Part shown: positions 37,467 through 51,203 of the stretch, one piece after another
Numbering within the stretch: position 1 is the stretch's first letter
Layout: every line of letters starts with the position of its first letter
Assembly: GCA_044892505.1 (NCBI GenBank)
Contig: CM097883.1
Coordinates: 81,592,001 to 81,656,000 of the forward strand
Origin: Schmidtea nova
Taxonomy: Eukaryota
DNA length: 64,000 nt
Direction: 5' to 3'
Position numbers and translations under genes: made by a program
The notes under the pieces: generated by a model
Seen by the model: the letters and a program-made list of their open reading frames with translations, nothing else
What the model was told of the DNA's origin: nothing
The model's database searches: none

Positions 37467-40199
37467 CCAAATATTGAACTTTTGGACATAATAAATTGAA
37501 ATTAGGACCAGAGCCATTGGTCACTAGAAGATACAGAAGAGAAAAAATATATCACATTGATATACGACAAAAATGTTAATAAAACAACAGTCGTTATGGA
37601 TGATGATGAAATAAATATTTACTATGTAGAAAAAAGGTTATAAGGACATAACCTTAACGCCCCAAGGAGTAATATTAGAAGACAGGGGGACAATAAAAAT
37701 ACTAAAACTAAATAGGGGGTAATATGTACAGAATTAACATAAATATACATAAATATACTCAATATACATAAATATATATTTAATATACATAATTTAATAT
37801 ACTCAATATACATAAATATATATTTAAAAATATATTCAAAATATATTCAAAAATATAATCAAGGGCGCTCGAGTGAGAATAGCAAACATTTATGCATGGT
37901 CATGGACTGGAATCCCTAGCCACTATTAGAATCGTTCAATCTAACCCCTCCATGAACCCAGCAATAAATTACCCAAAAACTCACCGAAGAACATGGAGAA
38001 GTTGAGATACCTGAAAAATAAATTAAATTAAAATTACACAAAAATACAAATAATAAGAGTTCAAATTAAATAATTTATCTGGAGGTTGAACTGAGGACAA
38101 AGAATAGCTGGAATTAAATGAATTAAATATATGCAATATAAATTAAACAAACCATCCATGAATTCCAGATAAGATGGCCTGAATTAAGAAATAAGATAAA
38201 TATTTATAAATAATCAAAATTGCCCAACGGAGAAAGGAATTCCAAAAATCTGAAATTGATGGAAATTAAAATTACAAACAAATATTAAATAGATGAAACC
38301 TACCAATTGATTGCCAACAGAAGCCCTCTGATAGTACATGCATAATAATTTTGTTCGATCCAAACAGGGTAAGCAATTTAATTTATGTCGAGGCCGAGCG
38401 AGGTATTAGATCGATTAATTCATTGAGGACACGGAGAATTTAACCGGCAGCGAATAATGTTAAGTACACATAATCTGTTATGTCACTATCAGAAGGAGGA
38501 AAGGTACTGCCGGGAAGCCGATAATTTTCTGACAATTGATGTCGTGAACTCATAATTAGATAGCAAGTGATTAAGAAAAATCGATTTTCACGGCTTCCTA
38601 AAGAAGTTCACCCGATGCAATTTACCAATAGGTCAGTTTGGAAATAGTCGTCATAAATAACGGGGAAAATGTTTTGATAATCATTTTTATTATTTGGTTT
38701 TGACCAAGCCAAACAACAAGTATGATGGGAGTGTATATTGATAAATTTTCTTAGTGTATAAGCGTTTCAGAAATTTGAATATGAAGATACAATCGCAATA
38801 ATCCAGTTCAACGATGGTTCAATATTACAGAAATGGTATGATAGCTAAACCAGCTCAATATCGTACTAAATCACTTCCTCAAATTGTCCTCCAAGAGATG
38901 AATTTCAACATGTGGACATGACGGCGACAATTCGGATCAAAGGCTCCGTTTGGACTTTGGGAAAGATACAATTCAGATGAAATCTGGTGAAGGGGCAGTC
39001 TCACATGGCCCACCTCCAAACTACACCCTCATTGAGTGCTACCCCCGAGTGGTTCGTCTTAAAATATGATGACGAGGATCTTTCTCAATTGCTAATTCAT
39101 TTCAGGTCTATCCCGACGCAGTGGTTTAATAAGCTTGGATTTATCCTCCTGGATAATCCCCGTAACATCAAAACCGGGCAAGGTGAAAATTTCCGCAATC
39201 TTCTTTTTCAGTTCCGTGAGACATGGAGAGCAAAGTCCGAATAGGCAGCCAACATCGGGATTCGTGAAGTTTTTCTCTACAAAACAGAACTGTGCTGGAG
39301 ACCGAGCCCGGCTTTATATAATACCAACGGGATTCTTTGAGATAATATCCTCGCAAGACTGGCGTGAATCAGAAGGAGAAAATTAGAAAACTTCTTTGCG
39401 GTTCCCGTTGATCAGACTTTTGTACAATCATTTTTCCTCATGTTTTGTTTTCCTTTATTTAATAATTAATTTTCGTTTTGTTAATTAATTGTTGTTTTGG
39501 TGGTGATGATTTTGCTTGATGCCGGGAGAGTAATTGTGGGTTGTGTCAGTTGATTGTCTGATAGTATCAGAAATAATTAGATGTCGAATCTTAATAAATG
39601 TAACAAGTATTTGTATCAGAAGTAAATAATTAATAAAGTATTGGTTATGGACTTGTAAGGAACACCATTTTAAAATACGAGTATAATCGATGATGGGTCA
39701 AGACTTCAATTTTCTGAGTACCTAGAGGAAATAGTTCAATTAATATTTTTGATTAAGATTATTGGCGAATAACATCTACAGTGGGCGAATAGAGCACCAA
39801 TCAAATAAGAATTTAGTGTAAACGTTATATTTTTATTTTAGGATGGTTAAAGAAATCAAAGAGTCCATCAAATACCAACAGATGATCCGTCAACTAAAGA
39901 GTGAGAAGTCGTCGCTAGAGAGAAGGTATATCACGGGCACCATCGCGGGGGCTTTACGTTTATATGTTGGTGGAGTTTGCCCTCATACAAGACCAAATAA
40001 AACTCATCATCCACCACACCAGCATAAATGGGGGGCTCAGCCCGGATCGGGGTGGTTTTTATGCGGAAAAGCGAATTACAAACATAAGAAAGAGTTTTGT
40101 CATACACCTTTAGTGGGATGATAAGCCTTAGCAACTTCAAGGTCATTTTGACGATCAGGAACCCACCAAATTCATTATTCAGAAAATAAATATATTCGA

Positions 40200-40252
40200 A
40201 CTTAAAAGTTTGTCACCTTGTCAAGGGCGTCAAAAACCTAGTTACGCCTCTG
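40200..40252. mobile_element. Orphan hAT-type terminus
   Basis: ...AAGGGCGTCAAAAACCTAGTTACGCCTCTG (reverse complement CAGAGGCGTAACTAGG); no partner found. Confidence 0.45.
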
Positions 40253-40519
40253 ACCTCAAATATTCCAATAATAGAATATTATTTTTGCTGTTTTTGTGAA
40301 AATAAACATAGACTCCTAGCCTATATTTTAGCATTTTCCAACAAAAAACTAAATATTCTGTATTCAGATATGTATAAAGATTAATTATCGCTAATAAAAA
40401 ACTTATTTTTCACCATTATTTTTCTAATAAAACTGTCCGTTAAGGGGTCAAAAATAATATCTGAACTAAAAATATTATTGGTATTTTGAAAATATAACAT
40501 ATCCCGGCCTACCAAAAGT

Positions 40520-41320
40520 CTCCAGTCAGGCAGTAATTTACATATTGCAGTTTATAATGAACAGTTTATAATGAACAGCAATGGGAACAAATGTCACAAA
40601 CACACACGAATACTGAATGTCTTTAGTGCTGAGAGAGTTAGTACTTCGTTATATTACCTTTCATCTGGATAACAATGCGCACTCGTTTAGGCATTGTATT
40701 GTATCGACGACGAATTGTTTCTGTAATCAAAAGCTTCCTTGTGCAGTATCTGCCATAGAAACCATGAAAATGTAATGCGCGACGAATAGTGGACATGGTG
40801 GCATGCACAGGGCCAGTGTTAAATGTGGACACTAACTTGGACAGGGGGAACCGACTATGAGCCACCACAAGTCGTTTCAGCTGCCATTGTGTATGGATGC
40901 TCAGAAGTTAAGACCGGCATGAACACTGCTTCTTGATATGTGTCTGCTCCAGGCGGTATTTCCTCAGGAAGTAGTTAATAGTTCCCTTGGGATGGCCAGT
41001 CAATGCAGCAGTTTCACTCTGACTTTTTCCACAAAGTTAACATAAGTAAATAATGCCTTTCTGAAAGTTTGTAAGCTCTCTCCGAGTAGCCATATTCTAA
41101 GAAAATAACAATGCTTCATTAACATATCTCATTGTTATCACTGTTGTGTGTCTGGTGTGATTAGTCATATTGTGTGTGTCTGTGTGTGAGTGCGTGTTTG
41201 TGTATATGTGCGCATGCAGCATGCTGAAGGTGTTGGTGACTTTTGTTCCCATTGCTGTTCGTATTTGCACTGCAGGCGTTCATTATAAAATGCAATATAT
41301 AAATAACTGTCTGACTGGAG
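40520..41320 (-). mobile_element. Internally deleted Tc1-like element
   Basis: Long imperfect inverted repeats CTCCAGTCAG...CAGCAATGGGAACAAA. The transposase keeps its N-terminal HTH (MATRRELTNFQKG; STIRRALHFHGFYGR) joined directly to the C-terminal MPKRVRIVIQMKGNITKY. Confidence 0.8.
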
Positions 41321-41523
41321 AATGTTTATTATGAACCTTTAGCTATAGATAATATCAAATCACAAAGCTTTAAAAATTATCAAATTAATCAAACTTCTGT
41401 TTGTATCAAAAACATAATATAAACATTCTGATAAATAAGCGAATATGATCAAGTTTAGTTATAAATATGACAGAGTGAAATCTGTTTATTTTGGACACGT
41501 TGTATTATATAGTAGTTGTATTA

Positions 41524-43993
41524 CAGGGTTACCAACACGACTATTTTCACCCGAAGACTTCGGGTTTGATGTGGTAACTTCGGGTCTTCGGGTTGAACAC
41601 TTATTTCTTCGGGTTTGTCAAAATATTTTCAAAATGTTTGCAGGTTTAGTTTTTATTTAATTCTGCAGGGATTATTAGTTATTTTTTGCTGGGATTATAT
41701 TAATTGTTGGTAAAGTTAGCTGGGATAATAATACGAGTTGTCAATTTTGAATTTCATTTTGCAGTTGAAGTTCAAATATAATCAATAATATAATCAATAA
41801 TACAAGCAACACAACTTAATAATACTTATGTATTAAAATATAATTATTTTCTTACCTATTAAATTAGAATGTGGCAAAAAGGTAAAATAAGACATGCTGA
41901 TGCTGAGGATGAAATATCGCCAAAAAGAAGTATTACTATGCCAAATTTCAAGATGGATGGTTGAAAAAGGAAGAATATAACTGTTGGCTACATAAGGAAA
42001 ATAATGTTACTGCAAAATGTTGAATTTGTGGGATTAATTTTATAATAAAGCATGACGGAGAAAAATTTGTAAAAACTCATGCAAATAGCATTAAACATAA
42101 ACGCTTAGTTAATGCAAAAACTAGTAGTAACCTACTGACGAATTTTATGACACCAGTTAATTCAAACGCAAATTTAAGTGTAGCGATAGCTGAACTAGGA
42201 TCCGTATTTCATTCTATTCGACATCAACACAGTTACAATAGCACAGACTGTGGGATAAAATTAAATTGAAAAATATTTAAGGATTCTTGTTTGTCCAAAA
42301 AAATTAGTTGCGGTCGCACTAAAGCCTCCAGCTTGGCAGAAAATATTCTAGGTCAAAAAGCTATTGAGCTGGTTATAAAGGACCTTCAAAATTCCGACAA
42401 ACGATACTTTTCAATTTCTTCTGATGCGTCAAATAAAGGAAACGTTAAAGTGTTTCCTTTAATTGTCATCTATTTTATTATAGAAGAAGGCATAAAACAT
42501 AATATATTAGATTTGTATACAGATAGCTTTGAAGATTCTCAATCAATAAGAAACAAAATTCTAGATTGTCTGAAGGAAAAAGATCTGTCTATAGAAAATG
42601 TATGTTCCTTTTCCGCTGACAATGCACCCGTCAATTATAGAAAATCAAATTCTGTGTACCAGAAACTATGTCTTAAAAATAGTAATATCATTAAAGCCAA
42701 CTGCAACTGTCATGTTATTCATAACGCTGCACGACATGCCTGTAAATTATTGCCTTTTGACATCGAGATACTTATCAATAAAATATACGCGGAATTTGCA
42801 ACTAGTACAGTTTGCGTAAGGGAATTAAAATCCTGTTTTGATTATTTTAATATGGAATATTCTGAAATTATGCATATTGTTTGTACGAGGTGGTTTTCAA
42901 AAGCAGTAGATCATCTTATAGCTGTTTGACCCTCAATTAAACAATATTTTTTAATACAAGGTGAAGAAGAATGCGACCCGCATATTTGGAAATTTATAAA
43001 ACCTCAAGAGCATGAATTGGAGGATGATTTGAATGCGGCATCAATTCCAGAAATGTATATTTATTTTACGTCACATTTTTTAAATTTTATGTGCAAACCT
43101 TTAGTGCTATTAGAAAGTCCAAATGTTACGGCACCGGAATTGCATGATATAATGACATATTTAAAAGAAAATTTAAAAAAACGGATTGCGGAAAAATTCT
43201 TTGGAGCAACAGTATAAAAATCTTTACCTAAGTAAACAGCTTACACACAAACGAAATTTTTTGCTTCTTGTTTACAAATATATGTGCGAGCACTACAATA
43301 CATTTCCAAATTTTACAGTTTTGAAGATAATCCTTTTAGATATTTGGTATGTTTAAATTTAAAAAATGAACTTACTTGTAGTTCAATCTTGAAAGTTTGT
43401 GAAGTACTAAATTTAGAAGTTGACGAAGATAAAATATATGATGAGATTATTTCTATTAATCAGATTCTTCCAAGGATTAGAATTAATGGAAATGGAAAAA
43501 ATGAAATTTTACAATTATGGGTAAAAATATTCCAGGCGACTAATGGACTTAATGAAATTAAAAAAATAATGTCGAAAGTTTTAAGCATTCCGGTTAGTAA
43601 TGCATTTATTGAAAGAATTTTTTTAATAATGAATTCCGTTTGGAGATGAAAAAAATAAAATGAGAATAGCGCTTATTAAAGCTAAACTTTCTGTAAGAAT
43701 AAATTTCGACATGAAATGTGAAGATTTTCTTACATATTTAAAAGCACCAGAACAAAAAAATTTACTTGAATGTTCATTAAAAACAACGAAATATAATTTT
43801 AAGAATTAATTATATTTTCTGAAGTTCCTAATTTTTTTATGTTTTCTTATTGAATAAATTTTGTTGTTTTATGTTTTATTATTAATGAATAAATATATTT
43901 TGTTTTATATTCATATGTATTTATTATATATTAAATCTTCGGATGTAAAAATAATTTCTTCGGGTCTGACTCGTTCCAGAGTTGGTAACCCTG
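41524..43993 (+). mobile_element. Full-length hAT transposon (ZNF862-like clade) with a decayed transposase (~41869-43809)
   Basis: TIRs CAGGGTTACCAAC / GTTGGTAACCCTG; perfect TSD TTGTATTA; motifs CGRTKAS, FSISSDAS, FSADNA, CNCHVIHN, IPVSNAFIERIF; several stops and frameshifts. Confidence 0.93.
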
Positions 43994-44399
43994 TTGTATT
44001 ACATAGTAGTCAACTAGACGAGGAACCTCAAAATACACTAAAAATTTGGCAGGACTGAGTATCGTAGTTTAAAAGTAACTACAATACCAGTATGTTTATA
44101 CATCTACTTGTAGTCATAATAATTTAGGCATTTTTTAAAATGGCTATCAGTTTAGTTTTTTTTATTAAGATATCTTTTAATGCTTCTATTTTGATCTTAC
44201 AACGATATAAGATGACTATAGAAGCCTTGAAAGTTTGTCTATATTCTTCAATATTATTTTGATTTTATATTTATTTGCTTTTTAGAAAAATATGATTTTT
44301 ATGAAGTTTTTTGGAAATATTTTACATTAAACGTAAGAAAAATTATTTTTTAACAACAGTTTATTAAAAAATAAATCAGTCTCCAAATATTTCAATTTT

Positions 44400-45318
44400 C
44401 TTGCAACATTTGGGGAAGAATCAGCAAATATGATCATAATAATTCTTTAAATTTTTGTAGTCGTCCTTATCCAGCTCGTTATCAAAGGCTTCTTTGATCA
44501 AGCAAAATCTATCGTGAAAGGACATTGAGCCAAATCCATTTGCTCTAGATATTACCTTTCTTATGCTGAACTTTACTTTGCTGAAGACGCTTTCAATTGG
44601 ATTTAAGAAAGGATTGTATGATGTCAAATTCACAATAAAATTATTTGGAGATAAGGCTCCTCCGTGAATGGAAGTGTTGTCGTGAATGAGGTAAAACCCC
44701 GTTCCATTAAATTTGGATGATATTTCATCAATGAATTCTTGATAACTATTCTCTTTGTAAGAGTCTAAAATTATTTTTGTGATGAATTGGCCCTTTTACA
44801 CCAATGGCGAGAACCAACTACATATTTTACCCTTTGTTTGTTGGAATAGTTGCATAGAGCCTTTCTCCTTTTTTCTTTCTTCCCATTTTCTGGCTTTTCG
44901 AGGTATTGAAACCATATACGTCAATATAAATCAATTTTTATTCTCTCCAAAGTTCTTCGTCGAAGCGCGTAACATATTCCATCCTTAGTTCAAGGACACG
45001 CTCTGAATTTCCTACTGCTACTCAAGGCTTTACTTTGTTAATGGTAATCAAATGATTTTTTAGAAAATGACAAATCGTCGTTCTGGAAAAATTGTGATTA
45101 AATCCAACGAGATAATTTTGCATTGCTTCCAGTGTCGTCAAGACGTTTTCTTCAACGAAATTTAATAATTGATTTCCTTCTTCTGATATTTTAAATGTAG
45201 TGCGACCTCTTTTTTTGTTTGCCCATCGGCCAAACTTTTTTTAAGTATAAATAATTGCCTCTATTGATTTTTTGGGATCCCTAATAAATTTCCAAATTGG
45301 TAATAATCTCCATGGCAT
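44400..45318 (-). pseudogene. IS630/Tc1/mariner-superfamily transposase relic
   Basis: LIYIDVYGFN, LIHDNTSIH and SYNPFLNPIESVFSKVK correspond to the D, D and E motifs; stops and frameshifts. Confidence 0.75.
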
Positions 45319-46058
45319 TAATTATTCTAATTTTAAACTTTTAATGCATGAAACCAGGTATATACGTAATATGCAAGAAACTTCATTACACAGATTTTAA
45401 CTAATGCAAAAAACAATAAAAATTTTCATCAATTCGTCTTTTTTATTTACTTTTTCTAACTGAACACAGATTTGGAAAGAAAACAGTCAACACACTGACA
45501 TGAAAATTGCCATTCAATGTACACTGAAGACATTGATTACTGGTGCCACCAACAGCCAATCAAAATAACAAGAACTGGGCCACTCTTGAGTCATTAAACA
45601 AATTTAAGACTCAAACTGAAATATTCGCAGCGACCCAATCGCCTAAACCTTGATACAGTGATGAAAAAGTCGTTTAATAATCAGAATTCTTATTCAACCT
45701 GACCCAGAAATTATTTTTAACGAAAATTCAATTCGGTATCATGTTACCACTTTAATAAACTAGCGTAATATTATTACAATTTGACAACTGCCGTCGGGAA
45801 ATTACTAAAAAGCTGGTTGATACTGTTGCTCCAAGACGTTACCTGAACTATTATGATTAAAATTTCCTGCTCCCAATAAAAATTCGTGAAATCAACCTCA
45901 AATTTGAGCATTCATAAATTAGCTACCAAAAATAACTATTAATTAAGTTCACATGAATAAATCCCTTCAACATATGCAGTATAAAAATTAAGCAAAATTT
46001 TAATTTATTTTATTAATAAAATAATTTATAAGCTGTACAATATGATAACTAAATTTTT

Positions 46059-47213
46059 CTATACATCACTGGTTTCATTGCTATCCTTAGGCTCATCGCT
46101 GCTTTCAATAATATACTTTTTTATACATAAATCTCCATTTTCTTCACTGTCGTCACTGGAATCGAAACATTCTCGCTTTCTTGACATTTTCTCTTTCCTC
46201 GAATCCTGTTTTTTACTACTCATACGCAATTTCCTCGTCATCAACTCATGAAATATCGAATCGGCATCTGTGGAATTCTGCATTTTCAATAGAAAAGATT
46301 TAATTCCCTCTTCACTTTGTGCAGTTATACGAACCGCTTTCGCATTAGCCCGTGCCAATCCCATATCTGCCCAAATCGATGTATTCAATAGAACTTTCAA
46401 TCCACCTTTTGATCGTGCAACTAATCTTGATTTGAATTTATTTTCCAATTCCACAAGATCATTCAAATGAATATTACAGAATCCCTTTTCAATCCATTCG
46501 GTTTTTTCCGGACTGAATAAATATAATTTGCACAACATTTTAAGGACGCTTGTTTCTTCTTCTTCCCCAGTGATTACTTCCGTTTCATCATACTGTTTGG
46601 TGTGATTTCTATGCAACAATTCGTCAGCACTCTTTCTAAGTGCTTCGTTGTCAATATCAATTGCATTTTCAACGTTAGTATCAATACAAACAAGATCTTT
46701 AAACTGCTGTTGCTGTTGTGATGATTCATCCGATAGATTATTCACGGCATTAGAATCACATTTGACAACACGGGAAGATATATTCTCACCAAATACAAAA
46801 TTCGTCGATTCAGAAGCGACTTTTCCAGATTTTTCTGAAACTTGTTCAGCATTCCTAGTTAGTCTCAATTCGTTTTTATCCCCACTAAGTACGAGAAATT
46901 TATTTCCCGATGAACAATAAGTTGTTGAACTTGCACTGACTGCTTGTTTGTCAGTGCGAATTTGTTCAACTTTTTGCGTCAATAAAGATGGCTTAAGAGT
47001 GAAGAGTGACTTTTTATTAGCGGTTTGAGAGTTGTTTTGAAGTGATTTATAGTTCATTGCGTCTTCGGGAGTTCCATGAAAACTTGGATTGGCTTAATAT
47101 TAATTAATAAATCAATAACTATAAATTGATTTTTATTAAAATTTACTTTGTTCATGTATAACATTTTCATCTTTACGTTTATTTTCTGACTTTAAATTGT
47201 TAATTTCTGCCAT
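46059..47213 (-). CDS. RANBP3: Ran-binding protein 3-like (RanBD), complement(join(46059..47092,47147..47213)), 366 aa
   Basis: FTLKPS and FVFGENISSRV motifs; RanBD EVITGEEEETSVLKMLCKLYLF...WIEKG...RLVARSKGGLKVLLNT. A 54-bp GT-AG intron adds the in-frame exon MAEINNLKSENKRKDENVIHEQ. Confidence 0.85.
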
Positions 47214-47724
47214 ATTACAAGTATAACAGACTTATTTTTGAAAAAATTAATAATATGTTTTAATAGCGCCTTTTGAAAGAATAGTAATTTATATAAACAA
47301 ACGTTTATAAACATAATTTTAAAATGGATCATTTTCTGTGGAAATTTATTTACAAATTTATTAAAAAATTTTAAAAAATTTTTAATAATTTTTAAATAAT
47401 AACATATTTTTGATATAAAAATTTAGTTTATAAAATTTAGTTTTCTTATATTAGGTTAAAATAAAATAAATTGATTTATCATCGGAAATTTTAAGAAAAA
47501 ATAATAACTAAATAATAAATTCGTTAAAAAGAATAATTAATTAAAAATCTTTGTAATAATATTATTTTTGAATATAAATAGAATGTTGTCGGGAAAAACA
47601 CTGAGCCCAACTGATTTTTGGTTAAATTGAGCGTTAACATAACATGTAGAAACCGTGCAAAAAGTATATTTTAATAATTGAGCAAATATTAAGTAAACTA
47701 AAGTGTTAGGTTGTTGATAGTCCA

Positions 47725-48292
47725 TATGACCTCGACCGTTACCATGGCTCAATATCAACAACTCAACACAAAACATTAATTAACCATCTTGTTGCCCACT
47801 ACCGTGCAACGTTGGTAATGCAACAAATGGGTGGACATTCACAAACTGTGAGCGTCGAAAAAATCGAAACTGTGATTGACCGAATGTTACGGGTGGGTTC
47901 AAGGGCGACCAATAGAAGGTGCTTTGTCTATTTTAGTCTCACATGCAGTTCTTTATCCTTGGTTTGTAATATGTTCATAAAAATTTAATTACACTATTTA
48001 CCTTGGAGTTCTTGAAGTCTGTCTATTAGGGCAATTTAAATTATATTAATGGTGGGTTGTTGACCGTCAATATTACCTTGGCGTTTCTATGACTCACATA
48101 AACAACTCAACGAATAAAAATATACTTTAACCATCTTGTTGCCCACTATAGAGTAACGTAGGTAATTCAACAAATGGGTGGATATTTGCAATCAATGAGC
48201 GTCGAAAATTTCGAAACTATCATTAACCGAACACCGCAGTGAATTCAAGGACGACCGATGGAAGGTTCTTTGCCCATTTTCGTCCCACACTA
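47725..48292 (+). repeat. Unclassified dispersed repeat, tandem copies B and C (~345-bp period)
   Basis: CAACTCAAC...AACCATCTTGTTGCCCACTA...CAACAAATGGGTGGA...TGAGCGTCGAAAA...CGAAACT occurs at ~47760 and ~48105. Confidence 0.85.
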
Positions 48293-48472
48293 AGTCTCTA
48301 ACTATGACGGTTTTATCAACCAAACTGGCTTTTTTTCATTTAACGATTCAAAATATTTCACAATACGATCATTTCGATCAAACATTCATTCAATACGACT
48401 CAATTCAGTCTATTTTTAAAATCGAGAACCTTTACCAAACGAGTCATGGGTACCAAATTCAATTAGCATCAT

Positions 48473-49441
48473 TGTTGGGTTCTGGGGTTGTTGGTGAAAT
48501 GGTAAAAGTTACCAATCAAATATCTGACTCCAAAGCGTGCCTTTAATTGACCCCAATAACAATTAACACTGGAAACTTCATTGAATATTACAAAATGTTT
48601 CTTTAACACTGAATTGACCAAAATCAACAGACCAACTACTGATGATAGTGTGCTTATTACGACACGATGGTGAAGAATAGCACTTTGTAAAATCTTGGGT
48701 CGAACGATCACTCACCACTGAGGGGTATAACAATTAGTAATCTGGCTGGTTGTTTTCTGGGTTTGACTTGGGTTTACTGGTTGAGTTTCACTCTATTATT
48801 AATCGATGATAATGGGTTTCACTCAATTTTCTGTCACGTCCTTTATTTATGATTCAATATTTCGTCGTATTATTTTCTAAATCTTCTCCCAAAATTTTGA
48901 TTATTATATTCTGCTCTCTAAACTTCTCTCTCTAATTCTGTCAAAACTTCTCTCACTTCTGTCTAAAATTCTGATCACTTCTGCTGTGTTTCTCCTTTTA
49001 TATCTCTTCACTTTGTGGCATTTAATATTATCACGTGTTATTCCATTTTTTCTAACATAATTTCCCATTCATTTTTCCAGCAACGGAGTTATCTCTGACA
49101 GCCATCAAGATAACCTCTGTTTCCTTTTTGCCGCTCCGGCTTGTTTGATTTTTTTTGCCCACGTTATCTCTGACCGGTTGTCGAGATAAAATTCTTGTTG
49201 TTGTTTTTTGTTTTTCCCAACTTTAGAATTTCTTCCTGTTTGCACTAATTAATTAGTGCTGACCTCTATTTCATTTTCCTTGTCTGATTTCTTTTCTTTT
49301 GTTTCCCTTCCTCATTTCTCATTCCTTTTATTCCCGTTTTCTTTCCCAAACTCCTATCAATTGTGTCATTCCCCATGACGATTTTCCCCCAAGTAATTTT
49401 GTTTATTTATTATATTATTTCTAATTTAGGTATCCTCAACA
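48473..49441 (+). mobile_element. Solo LTR (same family as 35304-36355), 969 bp
   Basis: TGTTGGG...CCTCAACA termini; 4-bp TSD TCAT on both sides. Confidence 0.87.
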
Positions 49442-50659
49442 TCATTATTATAGGTTACAACCTCATCCAAACTTTTGACGTCACAATTATGATTTATGGA
49501 ATTATTTATCAATGCTAAAATTTAAAGATTTTTTCTTTTAAAAAAAGAATTATTTCTATTTTTCTTGAAAATTTTAATTGCACTATGAAATTTCTACTAC
49601 TTTATTACCATCAATTTGCCTAACGGACCCCCCCCGGATTTATCCTTAAAAAATCTAAATTTTAAAATTATATTTGTATTTTTCAAATGTATTCCACTGC
49701 TCTAGTATCTAAGCAACGGTTATCATTACCCAGTACGTGTAATCCTGAAGATCAAAAAATCCTTTTAACCCTTTCCAAAGATAAATTCACGGGAAAAATT
49801 CTTAAATTATTTCTACGAGTTAAATATTTGGTATTTCTTTTTTAACAAAAAAAATTATAAAATATTACTATATCGAATTTTAAATGAATATAATTCAGAT
49901 ATAGAATTTCAATAGAAATTCAATCCTCCAATTGGATTGGTTAAATTATTTTATATCACAATTTATACTATAACGTAATTTATTGAATTTTGTTTAGACA
50001 ATTATCTTTTAGGATGGAAATTTCGAAATTTCAGCTAGATTAATTGTTAATGGTGAGTTTTGTTTGGGAACTCCACTCTTATTTACCCTACCTATCATTC
50101 ACAAGCTCTGTTGGTAGATGAAGGTTATCAATAAACTCGGAGAGAATTTATTAATTAACAAATGTAGGTGAAAATTTAATGTCATTCGCTTTTATATTTT
50201 CCCGAACTTTATAGGCAGGATTCTGCTCATGATATTTGCAATTATATTCTTCTGGTGTCAAGCTGTGATTTCAGGGTAATGGGAATTTGACTATCTGTAC
50301 TATCTCGGGTTTTTGATTCTATCTTGAAGAGATTTACTCCACCCTTAGGTAAGGTATATTAATAAATTTGAGTTTTAATTTCGTTTTGTGTCTTCCAGAT
50401 TAACTTCGAATCGCTTCTAAAGACAAAATAGACAAAATATTAGCCCACGTGGCAAACTAGATTGGAAATTTTTTTCTGATGGAATCAAATATTATTGACG
50501 ATATCCTATTTATGTATCTCAATGGTTCAATTCATGAAGGATAACTCATCGGTGGAAGTTTCCATTCTTATCATGCGTAGATCATTATCCTTCTATAAAG
50601 GATACTCAGCAATCAACTAAGGAAATGTCAATATCGTGAATATTATCTGTCTTCCACAT

Positions 50660-50895
50660 GGGGGGTTCTTGACCGTCAATATGACCTTGACGTTACTGTG
50701 GGTCCTATCAACAACTCAACACATAAAACATTAGTTTAACCATCTTGTTGCCCATTACAATGTAACGTTGGTAATGCAACAAATGGGTTTATGTCCGCAA
50801 ACAGTGAGCGTCGAAAAATCGAAACTATGATTGACTGAACATCACTATGGGTTTAGGGGTTACCGATAGAAGGTTTAGTGCCCATTTGAGTCCTT
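50660..50895 (+). repeat. Unclassified dispersed repeat, copy D
   Basis: Same conserved blocks as copies A-C. Confidence 0.8.
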
Positions 50896-51203
50896 TATTC
50901 AATAAATAATCTAACAATCTTATCGGCAATTCAAAATAAATATTTACATCAATTTATTATTATTAAATCAATCATCATAAACATCCAAATTAGAACATCA
51001 ATCCAGAATTATATCTAAGTACACACATATTTGGAAAATGTTAAGATTTTGAAGAGTCCTAGCAAGAATTTTCTGCATTCGGTGTTGTTCGTCTCAAAAT
51101 CAAGTTAGATGTCAAGTAAAACGCTCTGTAATGTCTAGAAATTAAATATTTCACTCAATATTTTTACCTTCGAATTCCTTTCATCAATGACCAAATAAAT
51201 TTT

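Noticed and set aside
32740-39000. Alternative genetic code (TAA/TAG read as Gln), suggested by stops at plausible Gln positions
   Set aside because: RAE1 ends in TAG at the homologous C-terminus and the other long ORFs read normally; C-to-T decay in pseudogenes explains the pattern.
47840-47885. TGAG...CGAAAC in the dispersed repeat as a hammerhead
   Set aside because: No CUGANGA in any of the four copies and no stem II closing pair.
35304-49441. One 14-kb LTR element carrying the exonuclease and RANBP3
   Set aside because: Each LTR has its own TSD (AAGC; TCAT), so they are independent solo LTRs.
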